Assembly: GCA_026391215.1 (NCBI GenBank)
Contig: JAPLDX010000048.1
Coordinates: 22,052 to 86,051, forward strand
Length of the DNA: 64,000 nt
Direction of reading: 5' to 3'
Source of the DNA: Bacteroidia bacterium
GTDB lineage: Bacteria > Bacteroidota > Bacteroidia > Bacteroidales > VadinHA17
Made by a program: the position numbers and the translations under genes. Below, piece after piece: positions 49,163 through 57,953 of the stretch. Position 1 is the stretch's first letter; every line of letters begins with the position of its first letter. The notes beneath the pieces were generated by a model, which saw only the letters and a program-made list of their open reading frames with translations, had not been told where the DNA came from and searched no databases.

Positions 49163-50019
49163 TGTCAGCTTTTTACTGCAGAATAAGACTGATCCGGGGC
49201 TCAATCCTGGTAATCCTGATATTTCTTATCAGCTGTCCGCTCTTTTCACAGAATCTTTCCGATCCGCAGAAAGAGCGTGAAGATATATTTATAGCAAGGA
49301 TAAAGCAGTTTAATGAATTTGCCGACAGGTTCAACCTTAAAAGCGATTTTAACGGGAATCCTGCTGATTCTGCATTTAGGGCTAAAATGCCGCGCGAAAG
49401 AATGATACCTCTTCTCTTTGACCTTAAAGATCCGCGCATCCAGACTTCAGATACAAGATATTCAGCTGATTATGTCAGGATTAAGGAAGAATTTGTCAGA
49501 GACGTTATTCAGAAGAAACTCTTTCTCTATAAATATTCACAGGGAATTATTGCAGAGGCCAGGTCCAGGGTAATATTTCAGGGAGAACCTCAGAAAATAA
49601 GGCTTTTTCTTATCCAGGAAATTGTGGGTGATGACATGGTCAAGTGGGTTCTCTATTCAGCCAAAGGTGATATGCTCAATGTTTTTAAAACGGATACTTC
49701 AATGGTCAGGTTCATTCCGCCTTCAAGCAATGAGACTGATTTTATAAACCTGAAAAGGGCGCTTGAGGATACTGACCATCTTCAATATTATGCATCACAT
49801 AACTTTGAACCTGACTATCTTACATTATTCTTTTCTTATATCGGAGCCGGCTTAATAAAATTTGAATATGTTGAAGAGGTTGTATATCATATTATTGATA
49901 TCCCGGGCTGGTATATAAAAGTAAAGGATTTCAACAGAACCGATCTTAATTCAGGCTGGCTTATAACCGATGTAATGAAGAACGATCTTGAACTGCCTGC
50001 TTTTATCAAAATCCCGTAA
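49162..50019 (+). CDS. Exported hypothetical protein, 285 aa
   Basis: ATG 49162 overlaps the TGA of the previous gene. Signal peptide MSAFYCRIRLIRGSILVILIFLISCPLFS-Q. Long open frame with no family recognised. Confidence 0.75.
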   Translation: MSAFYCRIRLIRGSILVILIFLISCPLFSQNLSDPQKEREDIFIARIKQFNEFADRFNLKSDFNGNPADSAFRAKMPRERMIPLLFDLKDPRIQTSDTRYSADYVRIKEEFVRDVIQKKLFLYKYSQGIIAEARSRVIFQGEPQKIRLFLIQEIVGDDMVKWVLYSAKGDMLNVFKTDTSMVRFIPPSSNETDFINLKRALEDTDHLQYYASHNFEPDYLTLFFSYIGAGLIKFEYVEEVVYHIIDIPGWYIKVKDFNRTDLNSGWLITDVMKNDLELPAFIKIP

Positions 50020-50021
50020 CT

Positions 50022-50888
50022 CTACTTTAAGCTGACAATCGCCTCCACAGGCCAGTGATCGGAAATGTAGACGCCACGCTCTTTTTTAATTAAGGTCCTG
50101 TGATCCAGGACTTTCATCCCGTTTCGTACAAAGATATAATCGATTCTTCCTGAACCTCCTTTATCGCTGAAGTTGTTAAAAGTATATTCAGGACCAAAAG
50201 GCCGTTTTTCAGAAATATTATGTGAATCTGTCAACAGCGGTACACTTTCCGCCGGACCCGTAAGTATTGCATATCCCTTGCTGACAGGCAGCATGTTAAA
50301 ATCACCGGTGATAATGAAAGGGTATCCTGATGCAATGGAATCAACCTTGTTCAGGAGAAGTCTGGAGCTCATTATTCTTGCGGAATCGGAATCATGCGCA
50401 AAATGTGTGTTGAAGAAAAATAAATGTTCATGATTATTCCTGGCAACCAGCTCTGCCCATGTTACGATCCGTGGAAGATTAGCACCCCATGCCTGCGATC
50501 CTTCAGCCTCCGGTGTTTCGGAGAGCCAGAAGGTCTTTGATCGAGCCATTTCATACCTGTCCTTTCTGAAGAAAACAGGATTCATTTCACCTCCCTTTGC
50601 ACCGTCGCTTCTTCCCACACCTATCGATGCATAACCTGCAAGAACCGAATCGAGAACCTCATACTGATTCAAAAGAACCTCCTGCATGCCAAGCAGGTCA
50701 GGTTTCTCAGATTTTATGAAATTGCAGACTATTGCCGCCCTGTTCGGCCATGCATTCATACTATCGACAGGAGTATTTAACCTGACATTCAGTGTCATTA
50801 CTTTAATAGCATCCTTGCCTGCTTTATCGGCGCAACCGGCAAAAATGGATAAAAGGATAACTGAAAAATAGAAAAAAAGATTTTTCAT
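50022..50888 (-). CDS. Endonuclease/exonuclease/phosphatase (EEP) family protein, probable lipoprotein
   Basis: Motifs MTLNVR, GMQEV, FNTHF, TGDFN, RIDYIF and SDH. The start at 50888 gives MKNLFFYFSVILLSIFAG-C, a lipobox-like signal. Confidence 0.85.
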   Translation of the reverse strand: MKNLFFYFSVILLSIFAGCADKAGKDAIKVMTLNVRLNTPVDSMNAWPNRAAIVCNFIKSEKPDLLGMQEVLLNQYEVLDSVLAGYASIGVGRSDGAKGGEMNPVFFRKDRYEMARSKTFWLSETPEAEGSQAWGANLPRIVTWAELVARNNHEHLFFFNTHFAHDSDSARIMSSRLLLNKVDSIASGYPFIITGDFNMLPVSKGYAILTGPAESVPLLTDSHNISEKRPFGPEYTFNNFSDKGGSGRIDYIFVRNGMKVLDHRTLIKKERGVYISDHWPVEAIVSLK

Positions 50889-50905
50889 CTCAGGTAGATT
50901 TTGTT

Positions 50906-50913
50906 CAAAGATA
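50906..50913 (-). promoter_or_regulatory. Putative -7 box TATCTTTG for the EEP lipoprotein gene
   Basis: Exact TAnnTTTG match 17 nt upstream of ATG 50888; no clear -33 element. Confidence 0.5.
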
Positions 50914-50982
50914 ATCATCTGGATAACAATCCGGTTAACCTTACCATGAATTGTATGGGGAGAGTGATACTGCAATATTTCA

Positions 50983-50990
50983 TATATTTG
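50983..50990 (+). promoter_or_regulatory. Putative -7 box TATATTTG for mutL
   Basis: Exact TAnnTTTG match 26 nt upstream of ATG 51017. Confidence 0.55.
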
Positions 50991-51016
50991 CTGCTGAAGA
51001 AATAAATTGCTTCTTA

Positions 51017-52825
51017 ATGCCCGATATAATCAAGCTTTTACCTGATTCAGTCGCTAACCAGATCGCTGCCGGTGAAGTCATTCAGAGACCAGCTTCAGTT
51101 GTTAAGGAGCTTATGGAAAATGCCGTTGATGCAGGGGCGGGGAAGATCAGTGTAATGATAAAAGATTCAGGTAAAACCCTGATCCAGGTCATTGATGATG
51201 GCTGGGGCATGTCGGAAACTGACGCCAGGCTTTCATTCGAGCGTCACGCAACATCCAAGATTTCTTCAGCCAGTGATCTTTTTGCAATCAGCACAAAGGG
51301 ATTCCGCGGAGAAGCTCTGGCCTCGGTTGCTGCCGTATCAATGGTTGAATTAAGAACAAGAAAAAAAGGCACTGAAACCGGAACTCTTATTGTGATCAGT
51401 GGTTCAAAGGTTGAAGCGCAGGAACCATGCAGTTGTCCCGAAGGATCAAGCTTCTCGGTTAAAAACCTGTTTTATAATATACCTGCAAGGCGCAAATTCC
51501 TTAAGTCAGATATGACTGAGTTCAGGCATATTATAAATGAATTTCAGAAAGTTGTAATGTCACATCCTGAAATAAGGTTTTCACTTCATCATAACGAGAG
51601 CGAAATATATAATCTTACAACAGGAAATTTCAGACAGCGGATAACAGCTGTTTTCGGGAAACAGATCAATCATGACCTCATTAACCTGGAGACTGATACC
51701 AGTCTCATTTCAATAAAAGGTTTTATCGGTAAGCCCGAAAGTGCCCGGCGTACTTACGGAGAACAGTTTTTTTTCATAAACAGGCGGTTTATGAAACACC
51801 CGTATTTTCATAAAGCCGTCTCGGAAGCCTATCAGAATATCCTTCCTGCAGAAGCAATACCCACATATTTTATATTTTTAGAAGCAGATCCTGCTTCAAT
51901 AGACATTAACATTCACCCAACCAAGACAGAAATCAAATTTGAAGATGAACGGTCAATCTGGCAGATACTCATGGCATCAGTGCGTGAAGCTCTCGGTCGT
52001 TTTAATATTGTCCCTTCACTTGATTTTGAAAATGAATCACTGATTGAAATCCCTGTCAGAAAATCGGGCGATTCAATGCCACAACCACCGGTAATTGAAA
52101 TCAATCCTGGCTACAACCCGTTTGATTCCGACGAACAGGCTTCTCATAAAACAGGCTTAATTGAAAAATTTGAAAGGGAAAATACTGCAAACTGGGAGAA
52201 GCTGTATTCAGCACTTGAAAAAGGAGAGGAGCTCCCGGAAACAACAGCAGGAATAAATGAAACAGGAAGAAAATTCTTCCAGATCAGGAACAAATATATT
52301 GTTTGTCCTGTTAAATCGGGCTTGATGCTTATTGATCAGAAGAGAGCTCATGAGAGGATACTTTTTGAAAAATTCCTTGAATGTCTCAGTAAGAACAGAT
52401 CGATAAGCCAGACAGAACTTTTCCCGGTAAGTGCTGAACTTAATCCTGCCGATATTCTTGTTTTAAAGGAAATAGGGGATGATCTTAAAATTCTCGGATT
52501 CAATATCGGATTTCCAGGGAAGAATAGAATTATTGTCAAGGGACTACCTTCTGGTTCAGATTCATCCGATCCTGTAGGGATGCTCGGGATATTAATAGAA
52601 GAGTTCCGGAACGCCAGGTCAGATCTGGCTGCAGGTGCCAGGGAAAAACTTGCTGCGGCTATGGCAGCAGCATCTGCCATACCTTATGGAAAGTCGTTGA
52701 CACAGAGCGAGATGGAAAACCTGTTTGACTCTCTGTTTGCATGTTCCGCACCGAATTATTCACCTAAAGGCAAATCAATTGTAATCATAATTACTCTTGA
52801 AGACATTGACAAAAAATTCAAATAG
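51017..52825 (+). CDS. mutL: DNA mismatch repair protein MutL
   Basis: MPDIIKLLPDSVANQIAAGEVIQRPASVVKELMEN, HATSKI, TKGFRGEALAS, DINIHPTKTEIKF and a C-terminal DQKRAHERILFE motif. Confidence 0.97.
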   Translation: MPDIIKLLPDSVANQIAAGEVIQRPASVVKELMENAVDAGAGKISVMIKDSGKTLIQVIDDGWGMSETDARLSFERHATSKISSASDLFAISTKGFRGEALASVAAVSMVELRTRKKGTETGTLIVISGSKVEAQEPCSCPEGSSFSVKNLFYNIPARRKFLKSDMTEFRHIINEFQKVVMSHPEIRFSLHHNESEIYNLTTGNFRQRITAVFGKQINHDLINLETDTSLISIKGFIGKPESARRTYGEQFFFINRRFMKHPYFHKAVSEAYQNILPAEAIPTYFIFLEADPASIDINIHPTKTEIKFEDERSIWQILMASVREALGRFNIVPSLDFENESLIEIPVRKSGDSMPQPPVIEINPGYNPFDSDEQASHKTGLIEKFERENTANWEKLYSALEKGEELPETTAGINETGRKFFQIRNKYIVCPVKSGLMLIDQKRAHERILFEKFLECLSKNRSISQTELFPVSAELNPADILVLKEIGDDLKILGFNIGFPGKNRIIVKGLPSGSDSSDPVGMLGILIEEFRNARSDLAAGAREKLAAAMAAASAIPYGKSLTQSEMENLFDSLFACSAPNYSPKGKSIVIIITLEDIDKKFK

Positions 52826-52839
52826 TAAACGGAAACAGA

Positions 52840-52870
52840 TTGTCAGATTGCCGGAGAAATATTAGTTTTG
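52840..52870 (+). promoter_or_regulatory. Putative internal promoter TTG-N20-TAGTTTTG for the rhomboid-rhomboid-EEP genes
   Basis: Exact TAnnTTTG at 52863-52870, with TTG at 52840-52842. Confidence 0.55.
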
Positions 52871-52911
52871 TCCCGGCAATGTAATAGATAGGAATTTCTC
52901 AAAAAATTCAG

Positions 52912-53655
52912 ATGAGCAGATACGGAAGAGGCTTTTTCGGGTTACCCCCGGTTGTGAAAAACATTATAATGATCAATGTGCTGATGCTTTTGGCATATTA
53001 TGCCGTAAAAAGTGTCTGGGGCATTGATCTGAACGGTATTCTGGGGCTCTATTTCCCGAAATCAGAGAGTTTCAAGCCTGTGCAGATACTTACCCATATG
53101 TTTATGCACGGAGGCATCTGGCATCTTTTCTTCAATATGTATGCACTTTACATTTTCGGGCAGGTGCTTGAGCAAGTATGGGGACCGAAACGATTTTTAA
53201 TCTATTACATGGTGTGCGGACTTGGCGCAGCACTGGTTCATGAATCAGTAATTGCCTTTGAGTACAGCAAGCTTATGAAAAATATAAGTCCCGAGCAATT
53301 GCAGATGGTGCTTGACGAAGGCGCAGCTTACCTGGGAGCAGGTAAAGTCTTCACTGATCAGACAATGCAGGACCTTCAACTGCTGCTGAATACTCCCACT
53401 GTGGGAGCTTCCGGGGCTATATTCGGAGTGCTTCTTGCTTTTGGTGTGCTTTTCCCGAATACCCAGTTAATGCTGCTTTTCCCGCCTATTCCAATCAAAG
53501 CCAAATATTTTGTCCTGGTATACGGTGCAATTGAACTTGTCCTTGCATTTACTCAACCGGGAAGCAACATTGCCCATGCTGCCCACCTTGGAGGTATGCT
53601 CTTTGGATTTATTCTCATCAAATACTGGCAAAAGACGACAAAAACCCTTTACTGA
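52912..53655 (+). CDS. Rhomboid family intramembrane serine protease
   Basis: HMFMHGGIWHLFFNM, catalytic GASG, AHAAHLGG and multiple TM segments. Confidence 0.93.
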   Translation: MSRYGRGFFGLPPVVKNIIMINVLMLLAYYAVKSVWGIDLNGILGLYFPKSESFKPVQILTHMFMHGGIWHLFFNMYALYIFGQVLEQVWGPKRFLIYYMVCGLGAALVHESVIAFEYSKLMKNISPEQLQMVLDEGAAYLGAGKVFTDQTMQDLQLLLNTPTVGASGAIFGVLLAFGVLFPNTQLMLLFPPIPIKAKYFVLVYGAIELVLAFTQPGSNIAHAAHLGGMLFGFILIKYWQKTTKTLY

Positions 53656-54542
53656 TGGGAATCTGGGACGACATAAAGAAAACATTCCATAGCGGAAGCA
53701 ATCTTATAAAGCTGATATACATTAATATCGGCGTGTTCCTGTTGGTCACGCTGGCTGTTATTATAGGCTTCCTTCTTAATAATCCATCAATATCAGAAAT
53801 AACCCTGCAGCAGCTTGCTGTTCCTGCCTCACTTAAAGCCTTGCTTGTAAAACCATGGACATTAGTCACATACATGTTTACTCACAAGGATATCTGGCAT
53901 ATCCTGTTCAATATGCTGTGGCTCTACTGGTTTGGCAGGATCTTTCTTGAATACCTGGACCAGAGGAAACTGGTAGCTGTCTATCTTCTTGGAGGTATCA
54001 GCGGAGCAATAGTTTATATTCTTTCTTTCAACATCTTCCCGGCGTTTACAGGACTGGTATCTGAATCAGTTGCCATAGGTGCTTCAGCTTCTGTGATGGC
54101 GGTAGTCATTGCAATAGCAGCTTATGTGCCTGACTATTCTGTCAACCTGTTTCTCCTGGGCAGGATAAAGATTAAGTATGTGGCGCTGGCAATTTTTGTA
54201 CTGACAACCGTAATGGATTTTTCGGTTAATTCAGGAGGCAAACTGGCACATATTGGCGGTGCCATTCTCGGTTACCTTTATACAATTAATTTGAGAAAGG
54301 GACATGATATTGGAAAAGGATTCAACAGAATAATTGACTTTTTTGTAACACTTTTCAAGCCTCGTAAAAAACTCAGGGTGACTTATAAAAAACCAGCTTC
54401 AGATTATAATTACAATAAGACAAAAGCCGACCACCAGGCAAAGATCAATATGATACTAGATAAGATCTCAAAGGGGGGATATGACAGCCTGACAAAAGAG
54501 GAAAAAGATACTCTGTTCAACGAGAGTCAGAAGAAAAACTGA
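53655..54542 (+). CDS. Rhomboid family intramembrane serine protease with small C-terminal soluble domain
   Basis: HKDIWHILFNMLWL, GASAS, LAHIGGA and C-terminal ILDKISKGGYDSLTKEEKDTLF. Start overlaps the previous stop. Confidence 0.92.
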   Translation: MGIWDDIKKTFHSGSNLIKLIYINIGVFLLVTLAVIIGFLLNNPSISEITLQQLAVPASLKALLVKPWTLVTYMFTHKDIWHILFNMLWLYWFGRIFLEYLDQRKLVAVYLLGGISGAIVYILSFNIFPAFTGLVSESVAIGASASVMAVVIAIAAYVPDYSVNLFLLGRIKIKYVALAIFVLTTVMDFSVNSGGKLAHIGGAILGYLYTINLRKGHDIGKGFNRIIDFFVTLFKPRKKLRVTYKKPASDYNYNKTKADHQAKINMILDKISKGGYDSLTKEEKDTLFNESQKKN

Positions 54543-55621
54543 TGAAAAAATTCCTTCATAAAATCCTTCTGGCGGTAAATGTTCTGCTTGCGCTGGCACT
54601 TCTCCTGTCATACCTGGCTTATCTTATTAATCCTGAGACTTTTGCCTTACTTGCTTTTTTCGGGCTTGCTTACCCGTATATCCTGATGATCAATATAATT
54701 ATGATTGCTATCTGGGCGATGCTGCTGAGATATGAAGCCCTGATATCAGTTTTTGTAATAGCTCTCGGATTCAACCATCTGACAAATTATTTTAATTTCG
54801 GAAAACAAGCAGGAAATAAGGAAGACACATTTAAAGTAATAAGCTATAACCTGAGGTTATTTAATTACTATGAAAATGATGATCCTGATTCTGAAAAGAA
54901 GGTTATTGATTTTCTCAAGGCTCAGAAGCCTGATATTCTTTGCCTCCAGGAGTTTTTCATCAACGGGAATCCTTCTCAACGGGAATCTTCTGTCAGAGCT
55001 GCTCTTGGTGAAAAATATTTCACCCACCTGAAAGTAATAGGTAGCGGCAAAAACAGGTATTATGGTATTATTACCTTCAGCAAATTCCCGATAATCAGTA
55101 AAGGCGAAATAATCCACCCCCGGTCTTCGAGTCTTTCAATTTTCACTGATATATTGATTGAAAAAGATACATTCAGGATATTCAATAACCATCTGCAATC
55201 ATTCAGGCTAAAGAAGATGGAACGTTCATTTCTTGAAGAGATGACCTCCCCTGATGATAAAGAGACGCTTGATGAAATAAGAAAAATTTCAGGCAGGCTG
55301 AAACAGGGATTTGTACGGAGATCGCATCAATCACAGGTTGTTAAAGCTCAGATCGACCATTCACCCTATCCGGTTATTGTTACCGGCGATTTCAACGATA
55401 CGCCGCTGTCTTATTCATACAGGAAAATTCAAAAAGGATTAAACGATTCATTTGTCAGTTCAGGATACGGAGCAGGTTTTACCTATAAAGGGAACTACCC
55501 GCCCAACAGGATCGATTACATTTTATATGACAATGCATTGGAAAGCAGGTATTTTGAGATCTTAAAGGTGAAATATTCCGACCATTATCCTATTGTGGCT
55601 TACTTCAGGAAACGTAACTAG
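54542..55621 (+). CDS. EEP family protein with N-terminal TM segments
   Basis: Hydrophobic N-terminus; motifs SYNL, CLQEF, NNHLQS, TGDFND, RIDYI and SDHYP. Confidence 0.9.
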   Translation: MKKFLHKILLAVNVLLALALLLSYLAYLINPETFALLAFFGLAYPYILMINIIMIAIWAMLLRYEALISVFVIALGFNHLTNYFNFGKQAGNKEDTFKVISYNLRLFNYYENDDPDSEKKVIDFLKAQKPDILCLQEFFINGNPSQRESSVRAALGEKYFTHLKVIGSGKNRYYGIITFSKFPIISKGEIIHPRSSSLSIFTDILIEKDTFRIFNNHLQSFRLKKMERSFLEEMTSPDDKETLDEIRKISGRLKQGFVRRSHQSQVVKAQIDHSPYPVIVTGDFNDTPLSYSYRKIQKGLNDSFVSSGYGAGFTYKGNYPPNRIDYILYDNALESRYFEILKVKYSDHYPIVAYFRKRN

Positions 55622-56562
55622 AAAGGAAGCTTCCTGAAGTCAACATTCCCTCCTGAAACAATTATTCCAATCCTTCTGCCCTTGAAAAAATCGGGATTCT
55701 CTTTAATTATTGCCAGGGTGGTTGCAGAAGATGGTTCAACGATGATCTTCATCCTCTCCCATATCAGGCGCATACACTCTATTATTGATTCTTCTTTAGC
55801 AGTAAAGATCTGATCAACATTTTTCCTGATGATTGAAAAGGTCAGCTCACTCAGTGACGTCAGCAAGCCATCAGCTATTGTTAAAGGATTAACAGAAGGT
55901 GTAAGAATTCCGGTAGTGAATGAGATAAATGCATCATTTGCATTCAGCGGTTCAGCACCGATAACTATTATTTTATCATTTATACCTTTAGTTGTCGTGG
56001 AAGTTCCGCTCATCAGTCCTCCTCCGCCAATTGGGGCGACGATCATTTCCAGGTCGCTTGCTTCTTTCAGTAATTCCAGTGCAGCTGTTCCCTGTCCGCA
56101 GATGACATTGAAATTATCATAAGGATGGATAAGGACAGCGCCGGTTCTTTCCATTATTATTTTTGTTGTCTCTTCACGTGCCTGGAGCGTGGGCTTGCAG
56201 AAAGTTATCTCAGCTCCATAGCCGGCAACGGCATTTTTCTTTACTGTAGGAGCACTTTCAGGCATTACGATGTACGCTTTTACGTTATTCATCGATGCGG
56301 CAAGTGAAAGAGCAGCTGCATGATTGCCTGATGAATGAGTCACCACACCCTTCTTTTTGTAATGATCTGATAAAGACAGAACTGCATTTGTTGCTCCCCT
56401 GAATTTAAATGCCCCCACTTTCTGGAAGTTTTCACACTTGAAGAATAATTCACAGCTGAATAGTTTATTTAATTGCTGTGAAGTCAAAACCGGAGTCTGA
56501 TGAATATAAGGCTTGATGCGCTCGTGGGCTGATTGGATATCGGAAAGAGAGGGCAGATTCAT
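55618..56562 (-). CDS. PLP-dependent fold-type II enzyme, serine racemase / Ser-Thr dehydratase family, no ACT domain
   Basis: FKCENFQKVGAFKFRGA (PLP lysine), HSSGNHA, PIGGGGLMSG, TIADGL and WERMKIIVEP. Confidence 0.9.
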   Translation of the reverse strand: MNLPSLSDIQSAHERIKPYIHQTPVLTSQQLNKLFSCELFFKCENFQKVGAFKFRGATNAVLSLSDHYKKKGVVTHSSGNHAAALSLAASMNNVKAYIVMPESAPTVKKNAVAGYGAEITFCKPTLQAREETTKIIMERTGAVLIHPYDNFNVICGQGTAALELLKEASDLEMIVAPIGGGGLMSGTSTTTKGINDKIIVIGAEPLNANDAFISFTTGILTPSVNPLTIADGLLTSLSELTFSIIRKNVDQIFTAKEESIIECMRLIWERMKIIVEPSSATTLAIIKENPDFFKGRRIGIIVSGGNVDFRKLPF

Positions 56563-56615
56563 TATTGAATGGTTTTATAAGTACCAAGATATAAATATAA
56601 ATCTATGGTAGATAA

Positions 56616-57890
56616 CTAAGCACAGCCCTTTGGCCTGAGTATCAACCTAAGAGATTGATCGTAAGTAAAATATTTCCAGGCCCAGTTGATGAATATCAAA
56701 AGCTTATTTCTGACGCCGATTATGCTCATAAGGTGTATAAACATCCAGACAAACCAGGCAAACACTCCATGAAAATGGAAATGAGGCAACTCAACAACTG
56801 CAAGGTTCTTGCCAACAGTTGCCATTGTTCCGAGATCCTTATATAAAAATTCCTTAAGAGGCTTACTTCCAGACATATTCTTCAGATTCTCCGATAGTAA
56901 TTTGGCTTGTTGTATAGCAACCTGAGCAACCTGAGGATGACCTGAAGGATATTTTTCTTCTGTCATCAATGATATGTCCCCGATTGCAAATATATTTTCG
57001 TATCCTTTTACCCTGTTGAATCTGTCAACATTGAAACGACCGCCCTTGCCATAATTTTCCTGAGAAAAGCCTTTCACCTTATTTCCTGAGATACCTGCAG
57101 TCCAGAGAATTAATCCGGTTTTGATTTTTTCTCCCGTCTTGAGAGTTACACTTTTTTCATCACAATCCACCGCTAATGTATTTGTCAAAACCCTGACCCC
57201 TCTCTTTTCAAGAAATTGTCTCGCTTTACCCGATGATTCCGGTGACATTGTATTTAGCAATCGTTCATATCCTTCAATCAGATAAATATTCACCTTTTTG
57301 TTTTTCAGCTCGGGATAGTCTTTATGAATTACGTATTTATTCATCTCAGCAAGAGCTCCGGCGATTTCAACACCAGACGGGCCTCCTCCTATTATTGTGA
57401 TATTCAGGAGCCTGTCTCTTTCTTCTTCATCAATTGTAGCAACAGCATTTTCAAAATTCATTAGAAGAGTGTTCCTTAGATCCAATGCTTCCGCAATGGA
57501 TTTCATTCCTTTTGAATATTGCTTCATTTTATCGGAACCAAAGAAATAGTTTGTTGCACCATGTGCAAGGACCAGGTAATCGTAATTTAAAGCTCCGATT
57601 GAAGTAATTAGCTTATTATCAGATACATTTACCTCTTTCACTTCTGCTTTCCGGATATAAAAATCGTCATACTTCTGAAATACCTTGCGTATCGGAAAAG
57701 TTATTGAGTCTGCATCCAGCCCTGCTGATGCAATCTCGTAAAACAGAGGCTGAAACTGGTGATAGTTATGTTTATCAATAATGACAACCTGAAAAGGAGA
57801 CTTCCGCAGTTTCTTTGCAAGGGTCAGCCCGGCAAAACCACAACCTACAATTACTACCCTTTTTTTATCCGTTGAAGGAATATTTATCAT
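56616..57890 (-). CDS. ndh: Type II NADH:quinone oxidoreductase (NDH-2)
   Basis: Two Rossmann motifs (VIVGCGFAG, IIGGGPSGVE), the AQVAIQ quinone-site motif and a C-terminal amphipathic WFVWMFIHLMSI segment. Confidence 0.85.
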   Translation of the reverse strand: MINIPSTDKKRVVIVGCGFAGLTLAKKLRKSPFQVVIIDKHNYHQFQPLFYEIASAGLDADSITFPIRKVFQKYDDFYIRKAEVKEVNVSDNKLITSIGALNYDYLVLAHGATNYFFGSDKMKQYSKGMKSIAEALDLRNTLLMNFENAVATIDEEERDRLLNITIIGGGPSGVEIAGALAEMNKYVIHKDYPELKNKKVNIYLIEGYERLLNTMSPESSGKARQFLEKRGVRVLTNTLAVDCDEKSVTLKTGEKIKTGLILWTAGISGNKVKGFSQENYGKGGRFNVDRFNRVKGYENIFAIGDISLMTEEKYPSGHPQVAQVAIQQAKLLSENLKNMSGSKPLKEFLYKDLGTMATVGKNLAVVELPHFHFHGVFAWFVWMFIHLMSIIGVRNKLLIFINWAWKYFTYDQSLRLILRPKGCA

Positions 57891-57953
57891 TCAGGCTGAC
57901 AATTAGTATATAATTTAATAACAAATTCAATAGTTGTTTGTTCAGTGTAAGAA

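Noticed and set aside
46534-50019. Trio plus VWA and PKD proteins as a Bacteroidota T6SS membrane complex (TssN-R)
   Set aside because: No sheath, Hcp, VgrG, baseplate or ClpV genes are in the window, and I cannot recognise Tss sequence motifs; an HMM search would be needed.
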